From: Thecamonas trahens ATCC 50062
Taxonomy: Eukaryota > Protista > Apusomonadida
NCBI RefSeq assembly: GCF_000142905.1
Contig: NW_013657598.1
Coordinates: forward strand, 1-14,204
Length of the DNA stretch: 14,204 nt
Reading direction: 5' to 3'
Positions 1 to 7,812 of this stretch are shown here, one piece after another. Every line of letters starts with the position of its first letter. The first letter of the stretch is position 1. Made by a program: the position numbers and the translations under genes. The notes beneath the pieces were generated by a model. The model searched no databases, had not been told where the DNA came from, and saw nothing but the letters and a program-made list of their open reading frames with translations.

Positions 1-236
1 TCCATACCGCAGTCTATACCCATGCACACATACAGTACAGTACGACGACATACATCATTCATCCATACACCCATATACCCATAAGTGAGTACTCTCCCTT
101 CCATCTCCCCCACCACCACCCCCCCAAACCCCAAACCCCCCAACCTCCCCTCACGCTCCCCATCCCGAGTCGCCATGATCACCAGCACCGCCGCACCCAC
201 CACCCCCTCCCCCTCCCCTCTCCCTTCACCACCCTC

Positions 237-257
237 CACACACACACACACACACAT
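237..257 (+). repeat. (CA)n microsatellite at the end of a C-rich low-complexity tract (about 94-257)
   Basis: cacacacacacacacacacat seen directly. Confidence 0.9.
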
Positions 258-323
258 AAGTATGTACTACATACCAGCGCAAATGTACTTCATGACGTTA
301 AAGTCGCTAAAAGACAAGTGTGC

Positions 324-1862
324 CTACCATTCCACAACGCTGTCGGCCGGGAGGGGCGAGGCCGGGAGCTGGCCCGGCGAGGGCAGAATGGCGCTGCTGC
401 TGCTAGCGGGCGCAAGATCATCGTCGCCGGGGAAGAGGTACCGCTCGAGATGGGCAGGCGCCTCGGGCTCGGGCGACATTAACCGCCGCCGACGCCGCCG
501 CTCCGATTGTGGCGTCGAGCCGTAGAGGCTTGGCGGGCGCGAGGTTCGCGTTGGACTACTGCCCAAGGTCCCTCGTGGCGTCGGCAGCCACACACTGCCG
601 CTGCCGCGAGTCTCTTCGCAGGCAGGAAGGAGCGCCCCCGATGGCGGCGGCGTGAGCGTGTCACGTGGTCGTGCCCACGCTCGTGGCGGTGTCCGCGACG
701 CCGCTCGCGATGTCGAGAGCAGCAGCGCTGTTGCAAGTGCCTGCGCCGGAGACTCGCGCCGCGCTGGCCAGCTCGGCTCCGGGCTGCCTTCGACGGCATC
801 GAGCGCCGCAACTAGGGCAGCGACCCGCGTCCGTCCGCTTGTCTCGTGCGGACTCGCCTGCTCGTCGTCGTCAGACCATGAAAGGTCCAGGTCGTCGAGC
901 AGATAGCGGTTGCGCCGGATGAGCGACATCGGCGACGACGGCGCAGCTGCAGCCGTTCCTGGCGTCGCAGGCGGCGACGCCGTCTCTGGTTGTAGCGCTG
1001 GGCGTGCTGCCGGGCGCGGAGCGGTCGACGGTGAGAACAGGTACCACTCACCGGACTCGTGCAACCCGCCTCCGATCGGCGTCTGTGGCGTCCGGCTTCG
1101 CGGCACAGGCCGATCGTCGCGGTACGCCGCCAGCGCGTTGAGTGCAGCCTGCAGCCGCAGGCTGTGCACTCGCGGGCCGCGCGGATTACCCACCAGCCGC
1201 AATGTGCGGAGCGCCGGATACCGGCTCGCGCCGGGCTCAAAGGCCTCGAGCGCGGTAGCCAGCGCGCGCACGCCGACCACTCCGATCTTATTGTCGCGGA
1301 GCTCGACAAGCTCCAGCCGCAGTGGTGCAACACCTGGATCGAGCGCCGCTGCAAGCGCGCCGGCCGCCGAGTTCCCTACCTCGTTGGCGGCAAGGTCCAG
1401 GTGCGTCAGCGACGAGTAGGCGCGTGCCGACGGCGCAAGAAGCGCTGCAAACAACGCCGAGCCGCCGGCGTCGCTGATGCTGCAGCGAGCCAGACCGAGC
1501 GAAGCGAGAGCAGGCAGCGATGCGAGCGCCCCCGCCAGCGCCGTCGCGCCCATATCGCCCAGCGCGTTGCCACCGAGATCGACCGTCACAAGCGAGGCAC
1601 AGCCCGGAGCCATCAGCGCCGGTGCATACACCCGATCCGCCAGTGATCCGCTCATCTGCGTTGCCCAAAGATCCAGCTCCCGCAGTGCCGGTGATCGCAG
1701 CGCCGGCATGGCGCCCAGCGCTGCCGCCAGTGCCTTGTGTGAGCTCGTCGAGAGCGGAAGGAACCGCAGCGAGGCCGTGGCCACCCCCGCCCCGTCGGTC
1801 CTCGCCAAAGACTCTGCCATAGCTCGGACCGACGCCGACGCCTCACTTTCGTCAGTCTCCAT
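324..1862 (-). CDS. Leucine-rich repeat protein, RNI-like/NLRC3-type LRRs in the N-terminal half, followed by a long Pro/Ser/Arg-rich disordered tail
   Basis: About 28-30-aa repeats: LRELDLWATQM, LVTVDLGGNALGDMGATALAGAL, LASLGLARCSISDAGGSALFAAL, LTHLDLAANEVGNSAAGALAAAL, LELVELRDNKIGVVGVRALATAL, LRTLRLVGN. The track ORF starts at GTG 1868 and the first ATG is at 1862. Both ends may be extended by splicing (see findings). Confidence 0.85.
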   Translation of the reverse strand: METDESEASASVRAMAESLARTDGAGVATASLRFLPLSTSSHKALAAALGAMPALRSPALRELDLWATQMSGSLADRVYAPALMAPGCASLVTVDLGGNALGDMGATALAGALASLPALASLGLARCSISDAGGSALFAALLAPSARAYSSLTHLDLAANEVGNSAAGALAAALDPGVAPLRLELVELRDNKIGVVGVRALATALEAFEPGASRYPALRTLRLVGNPRGPRVHSLRLQAALNALAAYRDDRPVPRSRTPQTPIGGGLHESGEWYLFSPSTAPRPAARPALQPETASPPATPGTAAAAPSSPMSLIRRNRYLLDDLDLSWSDDDEQASPHETSGRTRVAALVAALDAVEGSPEPSWPARRESPAQALATALLLSTSRAASRTPPRAWARPRDTLTPPPSGALLPACEETRGSGSVWLPTPRGTLGSSPTRTSRPPSLYGSTPQSERRRRRRLMSPEPEAPAHLERYLFPGDDDLAPASSSSAILPSPGQLPASPLPADSVVEW

Positions 1863-2475
1863 CCCCACTTTGCCTGCGTGCAGTCTGCTGTCGTACCTTC
1901 GTCTTGCTCACACTCCCCGCGACTGGCGAAGCCGGCGGCCGTTTTGGCGCGCCTCTTGCAGCCGATGGCGCCGCCACAACGAGCCACGCTCTCAATGGCT
2001 CGTCAAGCATATATCGAGGAGCAGAGACTGGGGGACATGCCCACAATGGAGGTGCAGAGAAGGGGAAAGGTTCCATGATCATGGATGTAGCGTCCTTCCT
2101 TACGCCTCTGTCGCACTTGCGAGCCAGTTGCCGCAGCTGTGCTTGAGCACAGCAGTCATGGCACATGCATCTATGCTCCTTCTACCAGGTCGACCTCGTC
2201 TCTGATGCAATCCCTCATGACCACACCTACCACATCCCCATCGGTCCAACCACCGACACACCCTTTCCATGATACCATTCCTTCTCTCATCGCATCCAAT
2301 CATCAATGCAACTCAATCCGACAGAGCTGGAAGAGGCCAGCAGCTGCATGTCATGTTGTTCAAAGTGTGACGGCATTCGTGCCAGCGCCACCAAACGGCG
2401 GTCACTTCGGCTGTGGAACACCTCTGCCGACAGAGGCACACACCACTCACCCCCCCCCTCACCTCTCCGTCCCCT

Positions 2476-2480
2476 CACAC

Positions 2481-2512
<32 letters not shown>
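2476..2512 (+). repeat. (ACATAC)n tandem repeat about 20 nt upstream of ATG 2532
   Basis: cac atacacatac acatacacat acacatacac ac: about five to six hexamer units. Confidence 0.9.
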
Positions 2513-2531
2513 CCATCCTTAGAGATAAACC

Positions 2532-4175
2532 ATGGCCAAGGATCTCGGCCGTGCTCTGCGTGAGCTGAATGAGATTCTGGTCGTTCTGGGCAAGCCGCCC
2601 ATGGACGGACCTGTTCTTCCAGACGCTCTGGATTCCAGCAGTGATACCACTTCTTCCACAGGTGCTGGTTTGGTTGGAGACAACCATGTGACCGCTACGG
2701 ATGGGCCCGGCCATGCTGATGCTGACGAGGCAGGCGAAGATGGTTCTGGTCGTGATGATGGCTCTGTTCATGCTGTGGACAGCCTCGACGCCCTGGTTCT
2801 TGAAGAGGCGGCTGCGCAGGTGGCCCGTGCGGCGGTGGCGGCGCGCAAGGCGGTGGCCTCGGTCGAGCCGGACCTGGCGCAGATCGTCAAGCTGTATGAC
2901 GAGCGGGCGCAGAACGCGGTCAAGGTGATCCAGCTCGCCAGCGAGCTGCAGGTGGCCCGGATCGAGGTCGAGGCCCAGGCCAAGTTGAAGGACAAGGCCG
3001 AGCGCGCGGCCGAGGCCGAGGCCCAGTTGCGGACGAGGGCCGAGAACGAGGCCGCCGAGCTGTCGTCGCGGCTGAGCGAGGCATACACCCACATCAAGAC
3101 GATGGAGGCCGAGAAAGACGCGCTGCAGCGCCGGGTCGGCGAGCTCTCGGCCGCCATGCCGCAGAACGAGTCCGAGCGCGAGGCGCTGGCTGAACAGCTT
3201 GCTGAGCTGCAGGGTGAGCTCGAGGAGGCCAAGCAGTGGCAGCCGTCGGGCATCGCCCAGTCGGTGCTTTCAGGCATGTGGTGGACGGCCAAGTCGGCAT
3301 TTCAGCTCGCCTCGGACGGCATGGGGCAGATCAAGAACAAGACTCGGTCCAAGCCGGGTGTGTACACCCGTTACGAGACCCTACAGATGGAGACCATCCA
3401 GCGGTACTACGCCCGCCACATCACCTCGGAGCTGCCGGACATTCTCCAGACGCTTGTCGACGATGCCGGCCTCTTCCGCGCCGCCACCGCGCCTGCCCAC
3501 ATCCCCACCACTCAGGACTACCGATTTGCCGAGTGGTCTCACAAGATCGGCGCCGGCTTTCTCGCAGGCGTCGCCCGCAGCCTGGTCAAGAAGGTCTGTG
3601 AGTATCAGGCCGAGCGCGCAGGTCGCTACTTTGGTATCACCGGCTGCGGCTACGTCGACGACCCGACCAACCTCGTTCTTCGCGAGCTCAAGGACTGGCT
3701 TGTCGTGCTCTCCTCGTGCGACAAGACCGAGCGGACTCGTCTCGACATTGATGCCCGCTGCGCCTTTCTCGACGAGCTCATTGACAACAACGTTTTTCAG
3801 TCGTCCGGCCGCTCTACCACCACTATGACCGGCATGCTCGCCGGCGTCCGCACCGAGCTTGCCTTTGTTCGCGATCACTACGATGACGACGAGGCCCTCG
3901 ACCTTGAGCAGTTTGAGCTCCTCGCCGACGCCATGGCCTCGGACATGGGTGCATCGACAGGCTCCATGGCCCGCTCCGTCGCCGCCTCCTCCTCTGGCCT
4001 CGACCTTGCCCGCTCCTCGGCCGGCGTCAGGCTCCCGCGCGATGTCGCCGCCTCGGCCGCCTCGCTCTCCATGGACCCTCGTCCTCCCGCCGAGAGCCAC
4101 ACCACCAACAGCGGCGGCGGCAGCAACAACGACGACGACGACGACGACGACTTTGGCTTCCAGATCCTCAGCTGA
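2532..4175 (+). CDS. Coiled-coil protein (547 aa) with an uncharacterised C-terminal helical domain and an acidic tail; paralog of 4487-6043
   Basis: ATG in good context (aaccATGg) and strong C/G third-position bias. E/A/K/Q/L heptad region at about aa 110-235. The C-terminal domain aligns with the next gene (YYARHITSELP, VCEYQAERAGRYFG, DDPTNLVLRELKDWL). Confidence 0.9.
   Translation: MAKDLGRALRELNEILVVLGKPPMDGPVLPDALDSSSDTTSSTGAGLVGDNHVTATDGPGHADADEAGEDGSGRDDGSVHAVDSLDALVLEEAAAQVARAAVAARKAVASVEPDLAQIVKLYDERAQNAVKVIQLASELQVARIEVEAQAKLKDKAERAAEAEAQLRTRAENEAAELSSRLSEAYTHIKTMEAEKDALQRRVGELSAAMPQNESEREALAEQLAELQGELEEAKQWQPSGIAQSVLSGMWWTAKSAFQLASDGMGQIKNKTRSKPGVYTRYETLQMETIQRYYARHITSELPDILQTLVDDAGLFRAATAPAHIPTTQDYRFAEWSHKIGAGFLAGVARSLVKKVCEYQAERAGRYFGITGCGYVDDPTNLVLRELKDWLVVLSSCDKTERTRLDIDARCAFLDELIDNNVFQSSGRSTTTMTGMLAGVRTELAFVRDHYDDDEALDLEQFELLADAMASDMGASTGSMARSVAASSSGLDLARSSAGVRLPRDVAASAASLSMDPRPPAESHTTNSGGGSNNDDDDDDDFGFQILS
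4131..4151 (+). repeat. (GAC)7 coding trinucleotide repeat (poly-Asp)
   Basis: gacgacgacgacgacgacgac in frame, just before the terminal FGFQILS. Confidence 0.9.
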
Positions 4176-4438
4176 TATGTGGCAACTCCTCTTCCTCCCC
4201 CCTCACGCACGCGTGTGTATGGGCCGAGATCCAATGAACTAACAGTCTCACCCGACCAGCAATCACTGTTGCATCAAGTGCGACAGAACGATGGCCATTC
4301 GGGTTGTCGCCAACGAATCGAACACCTGTGCCATCGACTCCATGGAACACCGCCGAACGAAGACGCCCACCGACGGCACAGACTCACCCGCCACGCCCAT
4401 CACCGCACACCGCATACACAAAGCACAACTCCTCTCCC

Positions 4439-4471
4439 ACATATACATACACACATACATACACACATACA
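4439..4471 (+). repeat. Degenerate ACATAC/CA repeat about 15 nt upstream of ATG 4487
   Basis: acatatacatacacacatacatacacacataca seen directly. Confidence 0.8.
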
Positions 4472-4486
4472 ATCCTTCCCTCTCCT

Positions 4487-6043
4487 ATGGCTCACAGGGT
4501 GATCGATGTGTGCCGGGCGCAGGGCGAGGAGGAGAGCAAGCCGACCGTCGACGACGCGACCAGGACGACAGGCATGCTCATCGCGGCTGCGCTGACAAGC
4601 CTCCGCAGTTTGGATGCGGCGCTGAATGAGGTAGAGCGACCGAGCTTTGTCGCGGCAGAGGCGGCCAATGCTGCTGGTGCTCAGCTGGCGCAGTATGCGA
4701 ACGACGCCGACGATGCCGAGGCCCAAGCCATGGCCGGTGCTGCCGAGGCCATTGCCGCTGGTGGCGTGCCGGTCGTCATGGCGCTCGCCGCCGCCCTCGC
4801 CCGGGTCGCCGCCTCCACTCCGGTCCGCACCGGGGGCCGCAGGCGGTTGGCCGGCTCGCGATCGGGCGCATCCCCGATGCTGGCCCAGGAGAACAGGATG
4901 CTGCTGGCCCAGGTGGAGACGCTCAACAACGAGTACAAGCTCATGGCAGCCCACGCCGACGAGGTCGAGCGCCATCGCGACTCACTCGAGGCCGAGTTGC
5001 GCTCGGCGCGGGAGCGGGCAGACGCGGCAGAGGCCGCGGCGGCGGTGGCAGCTGCAGACGCGCAGGCTGCCAAGGCCGAGGCCCACGCCCACGCCACGGA
5101 AGCGGGAGCGGGAGCAGGAGGGCATCCGGCGGACGATCCCGACTCGCTGGTGCATGTGGTCGATCCCCAGCTGAACGAAGCGTCGAACATTGCGCGCATT
5201 CTCGACTGCCACAAGGCGATGCTCGCGGCACGGCATGCCACGATCGACGGGCTCGCCGAGCAGAACCGGGCGCTCCATGAGGAGGTCGACGCGCTTCGGG
5301 AGGCGCTGGCGGCGGCGGCGGCCGGTGTTTTTCCAGGAGAGACAAGCGGGCCGGGCGACGACGACAGCGCGAGTCTTGTCGTGTGGCTCTCAGATGCGGC
5401 GGCAAGCGTGGCGTCTGCGGCGAGTTCGGCTGGCTCTGCGCTGGGGCGGATGCTCGACGATGTGGCGAACCGGCGGCTGCTGTCGTCAAACGCGCTAGCG
5501 GAGCGCGAGCTGCAGCAGATGCGGACGGTGCATCTCAACTACGGGCGGCACGTGTCGTCGATGCTGCCGCGACAGCTCGAGCTGGAGCCGGTGGCCGAAG
5601 GTTCGAATGAGGTGACGGCAGTGTGCTCGGTGCCAGCCAAAGCGATGTGTGTCGCGTACTGGGTCGGCGACGCAAGCGAGCAGCGGCGGAGGTCGGCGTT
5701 TGCGTCGACGGTTGTGGAGGCCATAGCCGTGGTGTGTCGATACCAGGAGGCGCGGAGCAAGCGGGCGTTTGGGACGGCGTACCCGAACGATCCGACGAAC
5801 CTGGTGTGCTTTGAGCTCAACTCGTGGCTCTCGTCGCTGCTCTCGGTCGAAGTGTACACGACCGAGATTGCCGAGGCACTCGTGGCACGGCGCAAGTACC
5901 TGCTTGCGCTAATCGACGCCGGCATCTTTCCGTCGCCGCGGCGGTCGTCGTCGATGGCCGACACGCTGCGGATCGTGGCGCTACAGTTGGCGGCGCTGAG
6001 CGCGGTTCTCGATGCGGAGCCTGGCCTGCTTGCGCGTATTTAG
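4487..6043 (+). CDS. Coiled-coil protein (518 aa) with the same uncharacterised C-terminal domain; paralog of 2532-4175
   Basis: First ATG (MAHRV) at 4487. The track's upstream extension from 4304 runs through an ACATAC repeat and is probably UTR. Coiled-coil segments (LAQENRMLLAQVETLNNEY, LAEQNRALHEEVDALREAL) precede the domain NYGRHVSSMLP...VCRYQEARSKRAFG...NDPTNLVCFELNSWL. Confidence 0.88.
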   Translation: MAHRVIDVCRAQGEEESKPTVDDATRTTGMLIAAALTSLRSLDAALNEVERPSFVAAEAANAAGAQLAQYANDADDAEAQAMAGAAEAIAAGGVPVVMALAAALARVAASTPVRTGGRRRLAGSRSGASPMLAQENRMLLAQVETLNNEYKLMAAHADEVERHRDSLEAELRSARERADAAEAAAAVAAADAQAAKAEAHAHATEAGAGAGGHPADDPDSLVHVVDPQLNEASNIARILDCHKAMLAARHATIDGLAEQNRALHEEVDALREALAAAAAGVFPGETSGPGDDDSASLVVWLSDAAASVASAASSAGSALGRMLDDVANRRLLSSNALAERELQQMRTVHLNYGRHVSSMLPRQLELEPVAEGSNEVTAVCSVPAKAMCVAYWVGDASEQRRRSAFASTVVEAIAVVCRYQEARSKRAFGTAYPNDPTNLVCFELNSWLSSLLSVEVYTTEIAEALVARRKYLLALIDAGIFPSPRRSSSMADTLRIVALQLAALSAVLDAEPGLLARI

Positions 6044-6052
6044 TGGCACCGG

Positions 6053-7276
6053 TCAGTTCGATGACGAGGCGTCGACAACAAAGAGTGATCTGGGCTCGTC
6101 CGGCGCGGTGCGGCGCGGGAGCGCATGCGGGCGCTTGGCCGGTGGTGCGGCGAGACCGATCATGGTCGGCGACGGGGTTCGCTTGCGCTTGAGTGAGATG
6201 TTGGCGGCAGAGACGCGGGCCTCGAACGAGAACGAGCCGCCGAGCATGTGCGCGACAGGCGTTGTTGGTGGCGTCGACGGCGGGGGCAGAACGCGCCTGG
6301 ATGAGGTCGAGTTGGTGGAGAGGAGCATCGACGCCGAGTTCGAGTGCTCACGTGGGGTAAAGAGGCCCGATGAGACGGTGCCAAAGCCGTCCATGGTGTT
6401 GGACGAGGTGCCACCGGTCAGCGAGTGGCCTGCAGGCAGCAGCGGTGCCGACGTGGCCGACGAGAGCGGGATGTGCGGGATGGACGAGTGTGGGGTAAAA
6501 ACGTCGCCGTCAAGGAATGAGGCCAGGAAGCGGGCGGTGTCCGACGAGGCGCTGGCCGGAAGTGAGCCTGATGCGATGGCCGACGCCATGGTCATCGACG
6601 ACGACGACGCCGAGGCTGGCTTGGAAGGGGTCGAGCCGAGGCCGTCAAAGCCCAGGCTCGAATCGTAGTGACTCAACGGCGCATCGAGCAGCGGCTGAGC
6701 GCTCGACGACGGCTCCAGCGTTGGCGACGCCGCCAGCACTCTGCTGCTTTCCCTCTCGCCGGCGGCGATCAGCGGCAGCGGCAGCAGCTTGGTCTCGGCC
6801 AGATGCGGCGGCGGCTGGAGGCGGACGGGCGGAGCGAGGCTTGCGGCGTCGAGCTCGGCCGGCGAGCGCGAGACCGGGCGGGGGCGCGGCGGTGATGAGA
6901 GCATCGGCGAGCGCGACGAGCGCTTTCCTGTCCGCGATGAGCGCGGCCAGGCGTAGTAGAGGGTGAACATGCCGCCGGAAGCGCCAAGCAGCGAGTAGAC
7001 CTCATCAGCGGTGGCCTTTGTCGAGCCGGACCAGGTTCTGTCGTCGGCGCCGGTGGCCGAGGCCGAGGCGTGCAACCGAAGCGAGCGAAGGGCGCCGAGC
7101 GCCTTGGCCTTGGCCTTCCACTTTTTGATGAGGAACTTGATGGCGGCAGCAAGACACTTTGTCCGCGACAAGGTCATCCGCAAGTGCGGTGTGAACCCGT
7201 TCTTGGTCAGTGCCGTCGCGTACTGCGGGCGTCGTGGAAGCAGCTCGAGGGTGAGCTTGCCGGAGCGATTGGCCAT
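6053..7276 (-). CDS. Cramped/CRAMP1/TSL-kinase-interacting protein 1 (TKI1)-like protein (407 aa): conserved family domain at the N-terminus, then a Ser/Pro-rich disordered region with basic NLS-like motifs
   Basis: KLTLELLP...FTPHLRMTLSRTKCLAAAIKFLIKKW...W...ADEVYSLLG...FTLYYAW matches the recalled CRAMP1/TKI1 conserved pattern (K.L.L.P...NP.L.L.....K..S.....L..KW ... W...A.DVY...G....F.L.Y.W). LKRKR and PPAKRP are near the C-terminus. No SANT domain is visible. Confidence 0.72.
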   Translation of the reverse strand: MANRSGKLTLELLPRRPQYATALTKNGFTPHLRMTLSRTKCLAAAIKFLIKKWKAKAKALGALRSLRLHASASATGADDRTWSGSTKATADEVYSLLGASGGMFTLYYAWPRSSRTGKRSSRSPMLSSPPRPRPVSRSPAELDAASLAPPVRLQPPPHLAETKLLPLPLIAAGERESSRVLAASPTLEPSSSAQPLLDAPLSHYDSSLGFDGLGSTPSKPASASSSSMTMASAIASGSLPASASSDTARFLASFLDGDVFTPHSSIPHIPLSSATSAPLLPAGHSLTGGTSSNTMDGFGTVSSGLFTPREHSNSASMLLSTNSTSSRRVLPPPSTPPTTPVAHMLGGSFSFEARVSAANISLKRKRTPSPTMIGLAAPPAKRPHALPRRTAPDEPRSLFVVDASSSN

Positions 7277-7446
7277 TACCTAGTGTCTCGGGGGTGTGGG
7301 GTGGGTGGGTGTGGGGTAGGGGGGGAGGAGGAGGGGAGGGTGTTGCCGTCTGGACTGGCTGTCTTGATTGCCTTGGTTGCCAGAGGTAGATTCTAGCTCC
7401 CAATGCCGGGGTCCGCGCCAAAAGGTCTGCCAGCCGGAACCACGCC

Positions 7447-7471
7447 GAGAGAGAGAGAGAGAGACAGACAG
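7447..7471 (+). repeat. (GA)n/GACA microsatellite abutting the assembly gap
   Basis: gagagagagagagagagacagacag immediately before the N run. Confidence 0.9.
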
Positions 7472-7571
7472 NNNNNNNNNNNNNNNNNNNNNNNNNNNNN
7501 NNNNNNNNNNNNNNNNNNNNNNNNNNNNNNNNNNNNNNNNNNNNNNNNNNNNNNNNNNNNNNNNNNNNNNN
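7472..7571. other. Assembly gap (100 N, probably an unknown-length placeholder)
   Basis: Run of exactly 100 N. Confidence 0.99.
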
Positions 7572-7812
7572 TGGTGCAGGTAGTGCGACTTGGAGGACGA
7601 GTTTACAGAGGATGGGATGGAGGGGATGGAGTTGAAGGAGTGCGGTAAATAGGGGAGGACCGATCATGGCCTGGTTCCTGACAAGAGGGTGTGGGTGTGA
7701 TTGGGGTGGCAGAGACCAGGGATGAGTAGAGCACCGGGAGCCAGCGGGTGCGAGTGGTGACAGTCACCAAGCTCGGGGCAAAGGCAGATGGTGTGGAAGG
7801 TGGCGGGTGGGA

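Noticed and set aside
121-144. CCCCAAA units resembling telomeric repeats
   Set aside because: Only about two imperfect units inside a generally C-rich tract.
85-525. 146-aa + strand ORF
   Set aside because: Translation of a C-rich low-complexity tract and microsatellite plus antisense of the LRR tail, with a GTG start.
507-2205. Multiple + strand ORFs over the LRR gene (for example 1477-2205 and 1059-1646)
   Set aside because: Antisense shadow ORFs expected in GC-rich coding DNA. The translations are Arg/Ser/Ala-rich with no motifs.
2475-5964. Long minus-strand ORFs opposite the coiled-coil paralogs (2475-3092, 3381-4100, 4681-5538 and others)
   Set aside because: They mirror the codon bias of the real + strand genes. 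Paralog conservation is in the + frame.
6012-6668. 218-aa + strand ORF
   Set aside because: Antisense to the Ser-rich region of the Cramped-like gene, non-ATG start, no recognisable features.
7005-7667. ORFs spanning the N gap
   Set aside because: Artefacts of translating through Ns and microsatellite.
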